This document shows, in pieces, positions 8,122 to 17,574 of a DNA stretch of 64,000 bases. Below the pieces are notes generated by a model. The model did not search any database and was not told where the DNA came from. It saw only the letters and a program-made list of their open reading frames with translations. Both the position numbers and the translations under genes were made by a program. Source of the DNA: Patescibacteria group bacterium (GTDB lineage Bacteria > Patescibacteriota > Patescibacteriia > SG8-24 > DYFX01); assembly GCA_041659045.1 (NCBI GenBank), contig JBAZZB010000001.1:454111-518110 (forward strand), written 5' to 3'. Each line of letters begins with the position of its first letter. The stretch's first letter is position 1.

Positions 8122-9977
8122 AGAGATGATTTGAGCGTAAACATTCCAGACTCAACGGACGCTTTCACGTCGTCGGAGACGTTAGAATCCTGTCCGAGCG
8201 TTCGTAGCAGCATACGGCGTTTTTCATACGACATCAAGCGTGGTTGACCATTGCGGATATCGAACGGCATGAGGTGAAAGACCGTTTCTTTACCATCATC
8301 GGCGATACCTACGGCCAAGCCTTCGCTCGTCGCCGCGCTAAAAGACTGATCGAAGATGAAATTTCCGAGCGAATAGAAGATTGCCTTCCCATTATACACC
8401 TCAATCGTTTGAAGGACGTGCGGGTGCGCGCCGATGATGACATCCGCTCCCGCGTCGATGAAGCGATGCGCGAGTTCTGTCTGCGTTCGAGTGGGTCGGC
8501 GTTCATATTCAACGCCCCAATGCGGGTACACAACAACAAAGGCTCCGCCTTTTTTTGCCGTACCAATCGCTTTCACAACATCATCCGCACCTTGCCCGGC
8601 GAACTGATGGAAGCCGATCTGTGCAACGCGACGTCCGCGCACAGAAGTAACGTTCATGATCTCGCTTTGGTTGGAGGGGTCGCCAAAGGTGTTCATTCCA
8701 GCAGCCTGAATCAAGCCTCGAGCCGCGACCAGGGCTTCTCTACCGAAATTATTGGAATGATTATTCGCGAGGCCGAGATGTGTGAATCCTGTGCGCGCGA
8801 GCGTCGCGAGCCACGCCGGTTCAAACGGAAACCGCAGATCATCCGGCTCGACCGGTTTTTGCGCTTCAGAAACATCGCTAAAGACGCCCTCGGCATTGGT
8901 CGTCACAAGATCGCTCCCTTTATAGAGACGGCGCATGCCGTCGAACAAGAACGCCACGCCGTTGCGCTGAATCGTCGCCTCCACACCGCGCGCGAGCATC
9001 ATGTCGCCGAACGCGAGAAGCGTGACGGTAGGATCCACGTCTTTTTTTCCCTTCGCGAAGGAACCGACGATATAGCTTGTAACGCCGGGCTGCGACGGCT
9101 GCTTCGTCAGCTCTGCCGAGTTCGAGTGCGCGAAGAGCGTAAAACGCCGCGCCTTGAGACCCTCGAGATGCCGCATCACCAGACGCAAACCCTGCATCGA
9201 GTCGATGTCGAGCGAACGCGCGCCTTCGTCATCCAGCGAACGAATCACCGTCATGCTTTTACGATCATGGAAGCGCGCCGCGGTGTCGGTCAACTCGTGC
9301 GTGAAATCGAAGGAGCCGACGACCAAAACGCGCGAACCAAAAATATCGCGAATCCCCTCTACCGCTTTTTCGATTTCTTCATCAGTCGCCGTCTCTTTGA
9401 TCATGAGCGGCACAACACGCGCGTTCGGTAACGATTTTTTGATGAACGGCACGATGCCGGAAATACCGTGTTCGCGTGCGAACGGTTCCTCTTCAATCGT
9501 AACCGCTCCCTTCTGAGCCAAGCGTTCGACCGCGTCGCAATCACTCTCAAGTTGGCCGTACGGCGTGCGCCAAGCGGATGGTGTCGCAATGATCGAACCA
9601 CGACCGCTCATAAAATGATTCGGGCTCACAAGCACGACGGTCACTCTTTTCTCGGTCGCTACCGCGCCAAACGCTTCAGCAATATAGGGGGCCGCCAACA
9701 AATGATGAGGCACGATGAGTCCTTTGATGCTGGGGTCCGTCTTACGCGCCGCGGCATTCCGATAGGCTTCATCAAAGATCTCCGGGGTGCTGAAATACGA
9801 ATACTGGATCGTCTCCGGACAGATCAACGCAAGTCGACGTTCTTCGATCAGCTCCGTCCAAATGAAAAAAGCGCCAAGAAGCGCGGCAACAAAAATCGTT
9901 CCGATCAGGGCGTTACGAGCGATCCTTCGCGCGAGCGTTTTTGGCATAACCGAAGGTATACGCAAAACGATCGTCAC
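8118..9977 (-). CDS. Fusion protein: MEMO1-like (AmmeMemoRadiSam system protein B) N-terminal domain plus CapA/PgsA metallophosphatase-like C-terminal domain
   Basis: N-terminal TM. LIVPHH...EHGISGIVPF resembles the MEMO1 family. C-terminal LLAFGDMMLARG...ANNHSNNFG...HWGVEY...GAHPHVLQ resembles the CapA poly-gamma-glutamate/capsule synthesis family. Confidence 0.65.
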   Translation of the reverse strand: MTIVLRIPSVMPKTLARRIARNALIGTIFVAALLGAFFIWTELIEERRLALICPETIQYSYFSTPEIFDEAYRNAAARKTDPSIKGLIVPHHLLAAPYIAEAFGAVATEKRVTVVLVSPNHFMSGRGSIIATPSAWRTPYGQLESDCDAVERLAQKGAVTIEEEPFAREHGISGIVPFIKKSLPNARVVPLMIKETATDEEIEKAVEGIRDIFGSRVLVVGSFDFTHELTDTAARFHDRKSMTVIRSLDDEGARSLDIDSMQGLRLVMRHLEGLKARRFTLFAHSNSAELTKQPSQPGVTSYIVGSFAKGKKDVDPTVTLLAFGDMMLARGVEATIQRNGVAFLFDGMRRLYKGSDLVTTNAEGVFSDVSEAQKPVEPDDLRFPFEPAWLATLARTGFTHLGLANNHSNNFGREALVAARGLIQAAGMNTFGDPSNQSEIMNVTSVRGRRVAQIGFHQFAGQGADDVVKAIGTAKKGGAFVVVYPHWGVEYERRPTRTQTELAHRFIDAGADVIIGAHPHVLQTIEVYNGKAIFYSLGNFIFDQSFSAATSEGLAVGIADDGKETVFHLMPFDIRNGQPRLMSYEKRRMLLRTLGQDSNVSDDVKASVESGMFTLKSSL

Positions 9978-10638
9978 GGATCCGGTTATGCATCAACAGA
10001 TGAAGCTCGGCCAGGAGATATTTACCAAAAATAGAAAAACGACCGTCGCGCTCAAACCGTCGAACGGAAACGCGAATCCGAGAACCGTGCATCACGCGAA
10101 ACGTACCAACTTGCCGCGCGCGCTCGACGTAGTCGTGGTCTTCCGCCAACTTGATCGATTCGTCGAAACCGCCGATGCGTTCGTGTAGGCTCTTGCGAGC
10201 GAAAATACAGAACCCGGGCGCATGCGCCAACATGAATTGCGTCGCCATCATGTGCGCGTTGAACACGTTGTGCGAAACGTGATCAATAAACTTTCCGCTC
10301 ATCGCCTTGACAAGACACGTGCCCGCGTCCAGTTCACGACGTTCGAACTGCTCCATCTTCGCGGCGAGCCATTCAACGTCCGGCAAAACGACGTCGGCGT
10401 CGAGAAACAAAAGCACGTCGCCTTTCGCCGCCTCCGCGCCACGATTACGTCCAGGACCAGGCATGCCGCCCTGAATCACGCGCGCGCCGAACCGCTTCGC
10501 GATCTCGCGGGTACGGTCGGTCGAACTGGCATCCGCAACGATAATTTCATACCCGTCAAAGCCTTGGCTTCGAATGGAAGCCAAAAGGCGCGGCAGGTAC
10601 TCTTCTTCGTTGTAGGTCGGGATGATGATGCTCAGCAT
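9913..10638 (-). CDS. Family 2 glycosyltransferase
   Basis: LSIIIPTYNEEEYLPRLL...DADxxLPxxW...ED motifs of GT2. Start set at MLSIIIP. Confidence 0.75.
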   Translation of the reverse strand: MLSIIIPTYNEEEYLPRLLASIRSQGFDGYEIIVADASSTDRTREIAKRFGARVIQGGMPGPGRNRGAEAAKGDVLLFLDADVVLPDVEWLAAKMEQFERRELDAGTCLVKAMSGKFIDHVSHNVFNAHMMATQFMLAHAPGFCIFARKSLHERIGGFDESIKLAEDHDYVERARQVGTFRVMHGSRIRVSVRRFERDGRFSIFGKYLLAELHLLMHNRIRDDRFAYTFGYAKNARAKDRS

Positions 10639-10695
10639 ATGTAGTTTTTCGGCTGTTTTAAGCCAAAAAACCGTATCAAGAGGCATGATAGCACG

Positions 10696-11856
10696 TCAGG
10701 GCCTTTCTCGGAAGAGGTGTGGGTTTAACCGAATCAGCTGATCGTCCCCTTCTTTGGGAATGCCGTGACCATCCGTATTCGAGGTAAGGAGGTAGAACAT
10801 GCCGTCGGGTCCAACCTCTACCGTCCGGATACGACCAAATTCAGTCTCAAAATGCGCTTGAACGGAAACCGGCGATGCGTCGACCGCAACCTCATACAAC
10901 GCTTCGCCACGCAACGTGCCGAAGAACACGCTTCCATCGAACCAAGCGGCGCCTGATGGCGACCAAAAGCCCTCGCGTCCGGAATCCACGCTTGGAGCGG
11001 TAACGCCATCAGCCGCTTCTCGACCGCGCACGAGCGGCCACCCGTAATTTTTTCCCGCTTCGATAAGATTCACTTCGTCGTGACCAAGACTCAAACTGCG
11101 ACCGCGCTCGGTCGCCCAGAGTCTCCCGTCGTCGTCCCACGCGAAACCTTCGACGTTTCGATGTCCGTATGTCCAGATTGCGTTGCCGAACGGATTCTCT
11201 TTCGGTGTGGAGCCGTCGTCGTTCACGCGCAAAATTTTTCCTCCAAACGAGCGCATGTCTTGCGCCGTCGATTCGTCGCCAGCATCTCCTGTTGAAATGT
11301 AAAGTTTCTGATCGGGGCCGAACCGCATCGCGCCACCATTTCCCCACGCACCAGCAGGAATATTCTGAAGGATCGTCGTTCGATCAAAAAGCGCGTCATG
11401 CTCGAGACGATACCGTTCGACACGATTCTTTAGATCACCGTGCTGATCAAGCGCCGTAAAATACGCGTAGATCCAACCGTTTTGTGAAAACTCCGGGTGC
11501 GCCGCGATTCCAAGAAGTCCGCCTTCAATCATGCGTTGAACACCTGGCACCTCGATCGTGCGCATGGCGCCGTCTGGACCAATGCTCCGTAGCCGCCCAG
11601 CGCGTTCAGAAATCAACAGGCTGCCATCAGGCAAAAAAACAAGTGCCCATGGCGCCTCGAGGCGCGAAGCTACAATCGAGACGTCTTCTGACGCAAAATC
11701 CTGTTTCAAGAATCCCTGCCGCACGATACCGTCCCCCGCCCAGCGCGCTCGACCCAGCGTCCAGATAATGACGTTGCGATACGCGTACGCTGTTCCTACA
11801 ACCGCAAGAACAAAAAAAGCGGCGAGAACGTGGCGCGCGAAAGGCGAAAGCTTCAT
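10696..11856 (-). CDS. PQQ-dependent sugar dehydrogenase (soluble glucose/sorbosone dehydrogenase family), exported
   Basis: Signal/TM N-terminus. PWALVFLPDGSLLISERAGRLR and YGHRN...GWP motifs of the SGDH beta-propeller family. Confidence 0.75.
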   Translation of the reverse strand: MKLSPFARHVLAAFFVLAVVGTAYAYRNVIIWTLGRARWAGDGIVRQGFLKQDFASEDVSIVASRLEAPWALVFLPDGSLLISERAGRLRSIGPDGAMRTIEVPGVQRMIEGGLLGIAAHPEFSQNGWIYAYFTALDQHGDLKNRVERYRLEHDALFDRTTILQNIPAGAWGNGGAMRFGPDQKLYISTGDAGDESTAQDMRSFGGKILRVNDDGSTPKENPFGNAIWTYGHRNVEGFAWDDDGRLWATERGRSLSLGHDEVNLIEAGKNYGWPLVRGREAADGVTAPSVDSGREGFWSPSGAAWFDGSVFFGTLRGEALYEVAVDASPVSVQAHFETEFGRIRTVEVGPDGMFYLLTSNTDGHGIPKEGDDQLIRLNPHLFRERP

Positions 11857-11874
11857 GAGGCAAGTATACCAAAA

Positions 11875-12576
11875 TTAAAAGACCGCGCTCTGGTATGGAA
11901 TACCGGCGCGGTCGAGAAACGTTCGTATCTTGTGAACAGGCACAGCGACGCGAATGAGCGCTTGTCGATTATCGGTCACAGCACCGTCTCTACCAGCACC
12001 CGCGTGCATGACGTGCAGCAAACCGACAAGCCAACCGGTTCTGGCCAGGTATACGCCGGAGCCAGACATACCTTGACCATCCGTGAATTCGATCGCCAGC
12101 TCGTCATCAACATCGCGAAGTTCGTTGCTCCAATGGACACTCTTCACGCGACCGTAGCCAGCCATTTCACCGAGGTCATAGGGGAAGCCGACCGTGTACA
12201 CCGCGTCAAGCGCGTGCACATCCTCGATACGGCCGAGCACGACCGTCGTTTCGAAGCGTCGTTCGACCTTGAGCACAGAAATATCCAGTTCGCGGTCCCA
12301 GGCAACCACCTTGGCGGGATAGTCGATAGCAGGGGCGCCATCGACAGAAATACGCACGAACGGCTCGTTCTCGCCTTGTCCGGCGACGTGGTAGCACGTC
12401 AGTAGGTAGCCGCTGCGGTGCAGTACCACTGCTGTCCCGTGCCCCATCGGACGCAGGTCGACGCGATGCGTCGCCTCCGTATTCCGATCGATCGCGGGAG
12501 TTTCTGGACCCGTTCGAGCCACACACGCACTGAGACACGCGAAGAAGAACACGCAGAGCTGAATCTTTTTCCTCAT
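11875..12576 (-). CDS. Trypsin-like serine protease lipoprotein (S1 family)
   Basis: Lipobox LSAC. TCYHV (His), DISVLKV (Asp) and GMSGSGV (Ser) is a catalytic triad context. Confidence 0.6.
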   Translation of the reverse strand: MRKKIQLCVFFFACLSACVARTGPETPAIDRNTEATHRVDLRPMGHGTAVVLHRSGYLLTCYHVAGQGENEPFVRISVDGAPAIDYPAKVVAWDRELDISVLKVERRFETTVVLGRIEDVHALDAVYTVGFPYDLGEMAGYGRVKSVHWSNELRDVDDELAIEFTDGQGMSGSGVYLARTGWLVGLLHVMHAGAGRDGAVTDNRQALIRVAVPVHKIRTFLDRAGIPYQSAVF

Positions 12577-12664
12577 ACAACCTCCTGTGGAAAAAGGATG
12601 CCTTGCAAATTCAGCATAGCACGCCCCCGCGCAAAGCCCGTAAGTCTGCTATGATGGAAGCACT

Positions 12665-13825
12665 ATGCGACGCATTCTTTTTGCCTTTCTCTTCGCCCTT
12701 ACGCTTTTCTCCGCCGTGCCCGCCCGCGCACAAGACGATGCTTCCAGGCCGTTGTATACGGAGATCGGGAGACACTTCATGATCGGCGCGCGCTTTTATG
12801 GTCAGGCGATCAGTAGCTGGACATGGATGCTTCTCACGCGCCTGGGACTCTCAGGTCGTTTCACGGTCGTGAGCGCGGGTGGCGACTGCACGCAGTTCTC
12901 CCGCTGCGCGCAAGGCTTGGTATGTCTCAACACCTGCAAAGAAAGTTCGTGCGTGCGTTTTGAAAAACATTGCGTCGTCGGACCGAAAATTGTCCCCGTA
13001 CTTGGTGCTTCCTCGATCTGCGGCGCGGAGAATCTGTGCGTCGATGGCACCGACTGCGCTCGCGTCTGCCCGATCGGCGCAAGCTGTAGCGCCACACACC
13101 GCTGCGTCGCGACGCGCCACCCCGAAAGCAGCTGCAAGTTAGATCTCGATTGTTCGACCGTTTGCGGGAATCTCCCAGCACCTGAAATCGGCCCTGGTGG
13201 GTACATTGCTCGTTGCGCGGAAGGTGCCTGCGCCTGCGACCCCATCGAAATTTTTCCGACAGCGACGCGCGTTGACTGCCCAGCAAATACGAACTCTACG
13301 CTCGCGTGCCCCGAGTTTACTTTCCAAGCATGCGCGGCTGGAGAAAATGGCGGAGCATTCGTTACATGCCTCCACGCACCGGAATACGGCGGCACCTGTT
13401 TCCAGAACGAAGAATGCGCGAAAGCTGACTGCCCCGAAGCCTCGGTACCGTTTTGCGATGAAAGCCGTGCCTGCAAATGCCACGTCGCCGAAACGACCGT
13501 TATTGCTTGCGTAAGCGCGACAGAATGCGCCGGCACCGCCTGCGGAGCCAACGAAATCGCCGCCTGCATCACCGGAGCTTGCGCCTGCGCCCCGGCCGGC
13601 GTTACCTCAGCATGTACCGTTGCCTCCGACTGTTCGACAGAGTGCCCGAGCGGCTTCTCTGCCGCCTGCGAGGCCTCTGCATGCGTCTGTCAGCGAACGA
13701 AGGAGAACGTTCCGGTAGCGTGCCAAACCGTGGAACAGTGCGGCTCCGTTTCTTGCCCGAATGACTACCAAAAAACCTGCTTGAACAGCGTTTGCGCCTG
13801 CACAAGAACGACCGTGCCGCGTTGA
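12665..13825 (+). CDS. Secreted cysteine-rich repeat protein (about 60 Cys in 386 aa)
   Basis: Clear signal peptide MRRILFAFLFALTLFSAVPARAQD, followed by dozens of CxxxC/CxC spacings. No homolog recognised from memory. Confidence 0.6.
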   Translation: MRRILFAFLFALTLFSAVPARAQDDASRPLYTEIGRHFMIGARFYGQAISSWTWMLLTRLGLSGRFTVVSAGGDCTQFSRCAQGLVCLNTCKESSCVRFEKHCVVGPKIVPVLGASSICGAENLCVDGTDCARVCPIGASCSATHRCVATRHPESSCKLDLDCSTVCGNLPAPEIGPGGYIARCAEGACACDPIEIFPTATRVDCPANTNSTLACPEFTFQACAAGENGGAFVTCLHAPEYGGTCFQNEECAKADCPEASVPFCDESRACKCHVAETTVIACVSATECAGTACGANEIAACITGACACAPAGVTSACTVASDCSTECPSGFSAACEASACVCQRTKENVPVACQTVEQCGSVSCPNDYQKTCLNSVCACTRTTVPR

Positions 13826-13863
13826 TTGACGAAAACGCCAAAAAAAGGTAGCGTTGGGCGGAT

Positions 13864-15174
13864 ATGAAGTACGGCGAGAAACTCACGCTCCAGGTGGAAT
13901 CCTTCGACGAGCGCGGTCGCGGCATCGGACAATCCGAAGCCAAAAAAACGGCCGCGTCTTTTGTCATTCCAGGCGAGACGGTCGAAGGTATGTTTGTCGG
14001 CCGCAAGCAGGGTGTCGCCAAGATGGGTAATATTCACGTCACGCAAGCCTCTCCAGATCGCGTGAACGTTGAATGCCCGCACGCCGGCGTTTGCGGGGGC
14101 TGCGCCTGGCAACACGTCCGTTACGAGCGCCAAGTCGAAGAGAAGCGTCGTATGGTTGCCGAAGCGTTGGCGCCCGTCGGCGTAGAGCTGGCTGAGGTCG
14201 TCCATGCCGAGGAAAAGTTCCGCCACCGCAACCGCATGGACTTTGTCTTCGGCCCGCATGGCGAACTGGGTTTGAAGGAACCGGGTCGCTGGGACAAGCA
14301 TCTCAACCTCACAACCTGCTTGATGCTCTCGTCGGAAGCGACGGATGTGTTAAACGCTGTCCGCGCCTGGGTCGCCACGACCTCGCACAAACCATGGGAC
14401 AACCGTCGTCACGACGGCTTCTTGCGTTACGTTGTTATTCGCGAAGGCAAGTTCACGAACGAACGCCTCGTGACTCTCGTAACCGCGCGCGGGGAACTCG
14501 AAAAGAAGGAAGAACTCATCAACGCGCTTTCTCCGCTCTGCACATCACTCGTCCATGGCATCAATCCCCTTTTGACAGACCTTTCGATCGCCACGGAACT
14601 CCATCCTCTTAAAGGAGAGGCACTGCTCCGCGAGAAAATCGGCGACATCACCTATCGCATCCACCCGAACGCGTTTTTCCAAACGAACAGCCGTATGGCC
14701 GGCCGCTTGCTCGAGCGCGTACGCGCACTCGTCCTCAGTGGCGCGCATGAACGCTTGCTCGACCTCTACTGCGGCGGCGGATTCTTCTCACTGGCGCTGG
14801 CAAAGGATGTTGAGTCTGCGCTCGGTATCGAGCTTGACCCGCAAGCGATCAAGGAAGCAGAGGCCGCGGCCGAAGAAAACAATGTCAAAAACGTTCGCTA
14901 TCGTGCAGAAGCTGCGGAGCAACTTTCCTGGGAAACCGAGAAGCCTGACGTGGTCATCATCGACCCGCCTAGAAGCGGACTGCATCCCAAAGTTAAAAAA
15001 ACACTGCTCGAAAAACGTCCGCCCCGCATCGTCTACGTCTCCTGCAACTATCGCACGCTCGCCACGGATTTGAGCGAACTCCTCAAAGCGTATAAAGCCG
15101 AGCCCGCCGTCTGCGTCGATCTCTTCCCGCATACGCCCCATATTGAAACAGTGGTACACTTAACCTTGCTATGA
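13864..15174 (+). CDS. rlmD: 23S rRNA (uracil-C5)-methyltransferase RlmD/RumA family
   Basis: TRAM-like N-terminus, CPHAGVCGGCAWQ Fe-S cluster motif, DLYCGGGFFS SAM-binding motif and C-terminal catalytic Cys region. Confidence 0.8.
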   Translation: MKYGEKLTLQVESFDERGRGIGQSEAKKTAASFVIPGETVEGMFVGRKQGVAKMGNIHVTQASPDRVNVECPHAGVCGGCAWQHVRYERQVEEKRRMVAEALAPVGVELAEVVHAEEKFRHRNRMDFVFGPHGELGLKEPGRWDKHLNLTTCLMLSSEATDVLNAVRAWVATTSHKPWDNRRHDGFLRYVVIREGKFTNERLVTLVTARGELEKKEELINALSPLCTSLVHGINPLLTDLSIATELHPLKGEALLREKIGDITYRIHPNAFFQTNSRMAGRLLERVRALVLSGAHERLLDLYCGGGFFSLALAKDVESALGIELDPQAIKEAEAAAEENNVKNVRYRAEAAEQLSWETEKPDVVIIDPPRSGLHPKVKKTLLEKRPPRIVYVSCNYRTLATDLSELLKAYKAEPAVCVDLFPHTPHIETVVHLTLL

Positions 15175-16031
15175 AAGTAGGATTCGTCGCCCTCGTCGGG
15201 CGCTCCAACACCGGAAAATCGACGCTCGTGAACGCGCTTGTCGGAACCAAGGTCGCCATCACGACGCCGAAACCGCAAACCACGCGCCAAGCCATTCAAG
15301 GCGTCCTCCACGGCGAGGAAGGCCAGATTATTTTTGTCGACACGCCAGGCATCTTCCGCAAGCGCCGCGACCTCATGACGTCGCACATGAACCAGGCCGT
15401 CAAAGGTGCTCTGGAGGGCGTTGACGTCGTGCTCTACGTCGTCGACCCAACCCGCGCGATCGGTGAAGAAGAAGAGGATATTTTGAAACTCTTGAAGAAC
15501 GTCGCGGCACCAAGGCTCCTGATCATCAACAAAATCGACGCCTTGAAAACGCCGTATATCGACGACTTCCGAGCGCTGTCGCAGGATTTCGACGGTGTCG
15601 TTGAAATTTCCGCGCTCAGGGGCACTCATCTTAAAGCGCTGCTCAAAGCGATCTACGACCGCTTGCCGGAAGGCGAAGCGATCTATCCCGAACATCAAAT
15701 CACCAACGTCGACAGCAAGACGTGGTACGGCGAGCTGATCCGCGAGAAGCTCTTCATGTCGCTCTACCAGGAAGTGCCGTACACCACGACTGTCGAAGTC
15801 GACGAGATCGAAGCGCGCCCTTCGAAAAACGGCAAAGAAATGATCTACGTCAAAGCACGCATTTTGACGGACAACGACCAGCACAAGCGCATGATCATCG
15901 GAGCGGGCGGCATCATGATCCGCAAAGTCGGCACGATGGTGCGCAAGGAACTTGAACAAATCCACGGCAAACCAGTCTTCTTGGACCTCGAAGTTGTCAC
16001 CGATCCACATTGGCCCGAGCGTCTCCAGTAG
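15171..16031 (+). CDS. era: GTPase Era
   Basis: GRSNTGKSTL (G1), DTPG (G3), NKID (G4) and a C-terminal KH domain. 4-nt overlap with rlmD. Confidence 0.9.
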   Translation: MKVGFVALVGRSNTGKSTLVNALVGTKVAITTPKPQTTRQAIQGVLHGEEGQIIFVDTPGIFRKRRDLMTSHMNQAVKGALEGVDVVLYVVDPTRAIGEEEEDILKLLKNVAAPRLLIINKIDALKTPYIDDFRALSQDFDGVVEISALRGTHLKALLKAIYDRLPEGEAIYPEHQITNVDSKTWYGELIREKLFMSLYQEVPYTTTVEVDEIEARPSKNGKEMIYVKARILTDNDQHKRMIIGAGGIMIRKVGTMVRKELEQIHGKPVFLDLEVVTDPHWPERLQ

Positions 16032-16047
16032 GTTATACTGGGGGTAT

Positions 16048-16752
16048 ATGGAAGAAAAAATTTCCGATGAATTCGGTTGGCGCATCTTCCGCATCATGGC
16101 GGAGTTCGTCGATGGGTTCCAAATTATCCGTGGTCTGAACAAGACGGTTTCTTTTTTCGGTTCGGCTCGCTTTGGTGAGAATGATCACCATTATAAGGAA
16201 GCTCGCGAACTGGCACAGAAACTTGGTAAAGCAGGTTACACCATTGTCACGGGTGGCGGGCCCGGCATCATGGAGGCAGGCAACCGCGGCGCCATGGACG
16301 TCGGCGCACAATCTGTCGGCTTGAACATTGAATTACCGAAAGAACAGCACCTGAACCCCTATACGACGCGTTCGCAGGGTTTTCATTATTTCTTCACCCG
16401 TAAGGTGATGCTTTCGTACGCAGCACAGGCGTATGTCTATTTCCCTGGAGGATTCGGAACCCTCGACGAGCTTTTGGAGCTTGTCGTGCTCATTCAAACA
16501 AAAAAAATCGATCCGCTTCCGGTCGTTCTCGTTGGTAAGGACTTTTGGAGTCCTTTCATGAAGTGGATCGAGGAGCACGTCTATAAAAACCACCAGGCGA
16601 TCGACAAAGAAGACATGTCGATCTACCACCTCGCCCACGATGTCGATGACGCGTTTTCGATTATTGAAAGAACACTCCTGTGCCCTCCGAACGCGAGCAA
16701 ATGCTGGTATGGATACCAGCCACACCACGTCAGGGGCGCGAAACAGAAGTGA
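16048..16752 (+). CDS. LOG family protein (TIGR00730 Rossmann-fold nucleotide-binding; cytokinin riboside 5'-monophosphate phosphoribohydrolase-like)
   Basis: GGGPGIMEAGNRGA and PGGFGTLDEL motifs. Start set at ATG 16048 (MEEKISDEF). Unusual C-terminal tail. Confidence 0.7.
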   Translation: MEEKISDEFGWRIFRIMAEFVDGFQIIRGLNKTVSFFGSARFGENDHHYKEARELAQKLGKAGYTIVTGGGPGIMEAGNRGAMDVGAQSVGLNIELPKEQHLNPYTTRSQGFHYFFTRKVMLSYAAQAYVYFPGGFGTLDELLELVVLIQTKKIDPLPVVLVGKDFWSPFMKWIEEHVYKNHQAIDKEDMSIYHLAHDVDDAFSIIERTLLCPPNASKCWYGYQPHHVRGAKQK

Positions 16753-17557
16753 TCTCGTACCCGATCTCGTTCCAGCGCACGGATGCCGGCTCAAGCGCCT
16801 TGAGTGCAGGTTGGGCGGCTGGGTGCACGACAACCTTCAAGATCAACGGGTGCTCCGGATTGTCGAGTACGAACAGGTCGGCAAACCAGCTCGTGGCACG
16901 GACAACGCGCACGAACGTTAAACGACCATCCACAAGAAGCGGGAACGTATCGGACGTTCCCGTTTTTTGCAGTTGAAACGGCGAAGCGATCGCGCTTGAA
17001 GTTGAAGAGCCCGCATACGTCACCGCGAGAGCATTGAATGTCTGGAAAGCACGAGAAACGGCGGAGAGCGTTTGCTCTGCCAAGCCGAGTCGCCATTCGA
17101 CCTTGCCGTTATCATGGAGTGAAGCGAATGCCGAACGCGTCATCCACAACCCTCCGTTGTGACGCGCTTCGCCTGTACCCACCGGCCAAAAGGCTGGCAA
17201 GAGCATCGCTTGCGCGTCCTCGAAAAAGACGAGCGCGAGCGTGCCAGTCGCGGAGGCGGTTTTCCATTCCAACGCAGCGAACGTCTCTGGCGCCGCCTCG
17301 CGTACCGTCACGTGAAGCGCACGGCTTTCATCGCCAAAGACCTCATCAACGGCACCTGTCACACCCAAGGTTGAAGGTCGAACCGTTAGCGTGAGACCGG
17401 ATTCGAAATGAATCGAGCGCGCGGCCGCGCTTGCGTCACTGGACGGGGCACCAAACCACGGCAGTCTGGCAAGCGCCGTCTGAAGTTTTTCGATAGGCTC
17501 ACAGCCCGCGCCAAGCAGCACAAGCGCAGCTGATGCAAAAAACAAAGAGGCTTTCAT
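16730..17557 (-). CDS. Hypothetical lipoprotein
   Basis: Lipobox LLGAGC after a signal peptide. No other recognisable motifs. Confidence 0.5.
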   Translation of the reverse strand: MKASLFFASAALVLLGAGCEPIEKLQTALARLPWFGAPSSDASAAARSIHFESGLTLTVRPSTLGVTGAVDEVFGDESRALHVTVREAAPETFAALEWKTASATGTLALVFFEDAQAMLLPAFWPVGTGEARHNGGLWMTRSAFASLHDNGKVEWRLGLAEQTLSAVSRAFQTFNALAVTYAGSSTSSAIASPFQLQKTGTSDTFPLLVDGRLTFVRVVRATSWFADLFVLDNPEHPLILKVVVHPAAQPALKALEPASVRWNEIGYEITSVSRP

Positions 17558-17574
17558 GCTCGTATCGTATCACA

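Noticed and set aside
8244-9431. 395-aa plus-strand ORF opposite the MEMO-CapA gene.
   Set aside because: The minus strand carries recognisable MEMO1 and CapA motifs. The plus ORF is Arg-rich antisense.
12802-13572. 256-aa minus-strand ORF opposite the Cys-rich secreted protein.
   Set aside because: The plus strand has a canonical signal peptide and a coherent Cys pattern. The minus ORF has no signal, no RBS and low-complexity Ala/Ser content.
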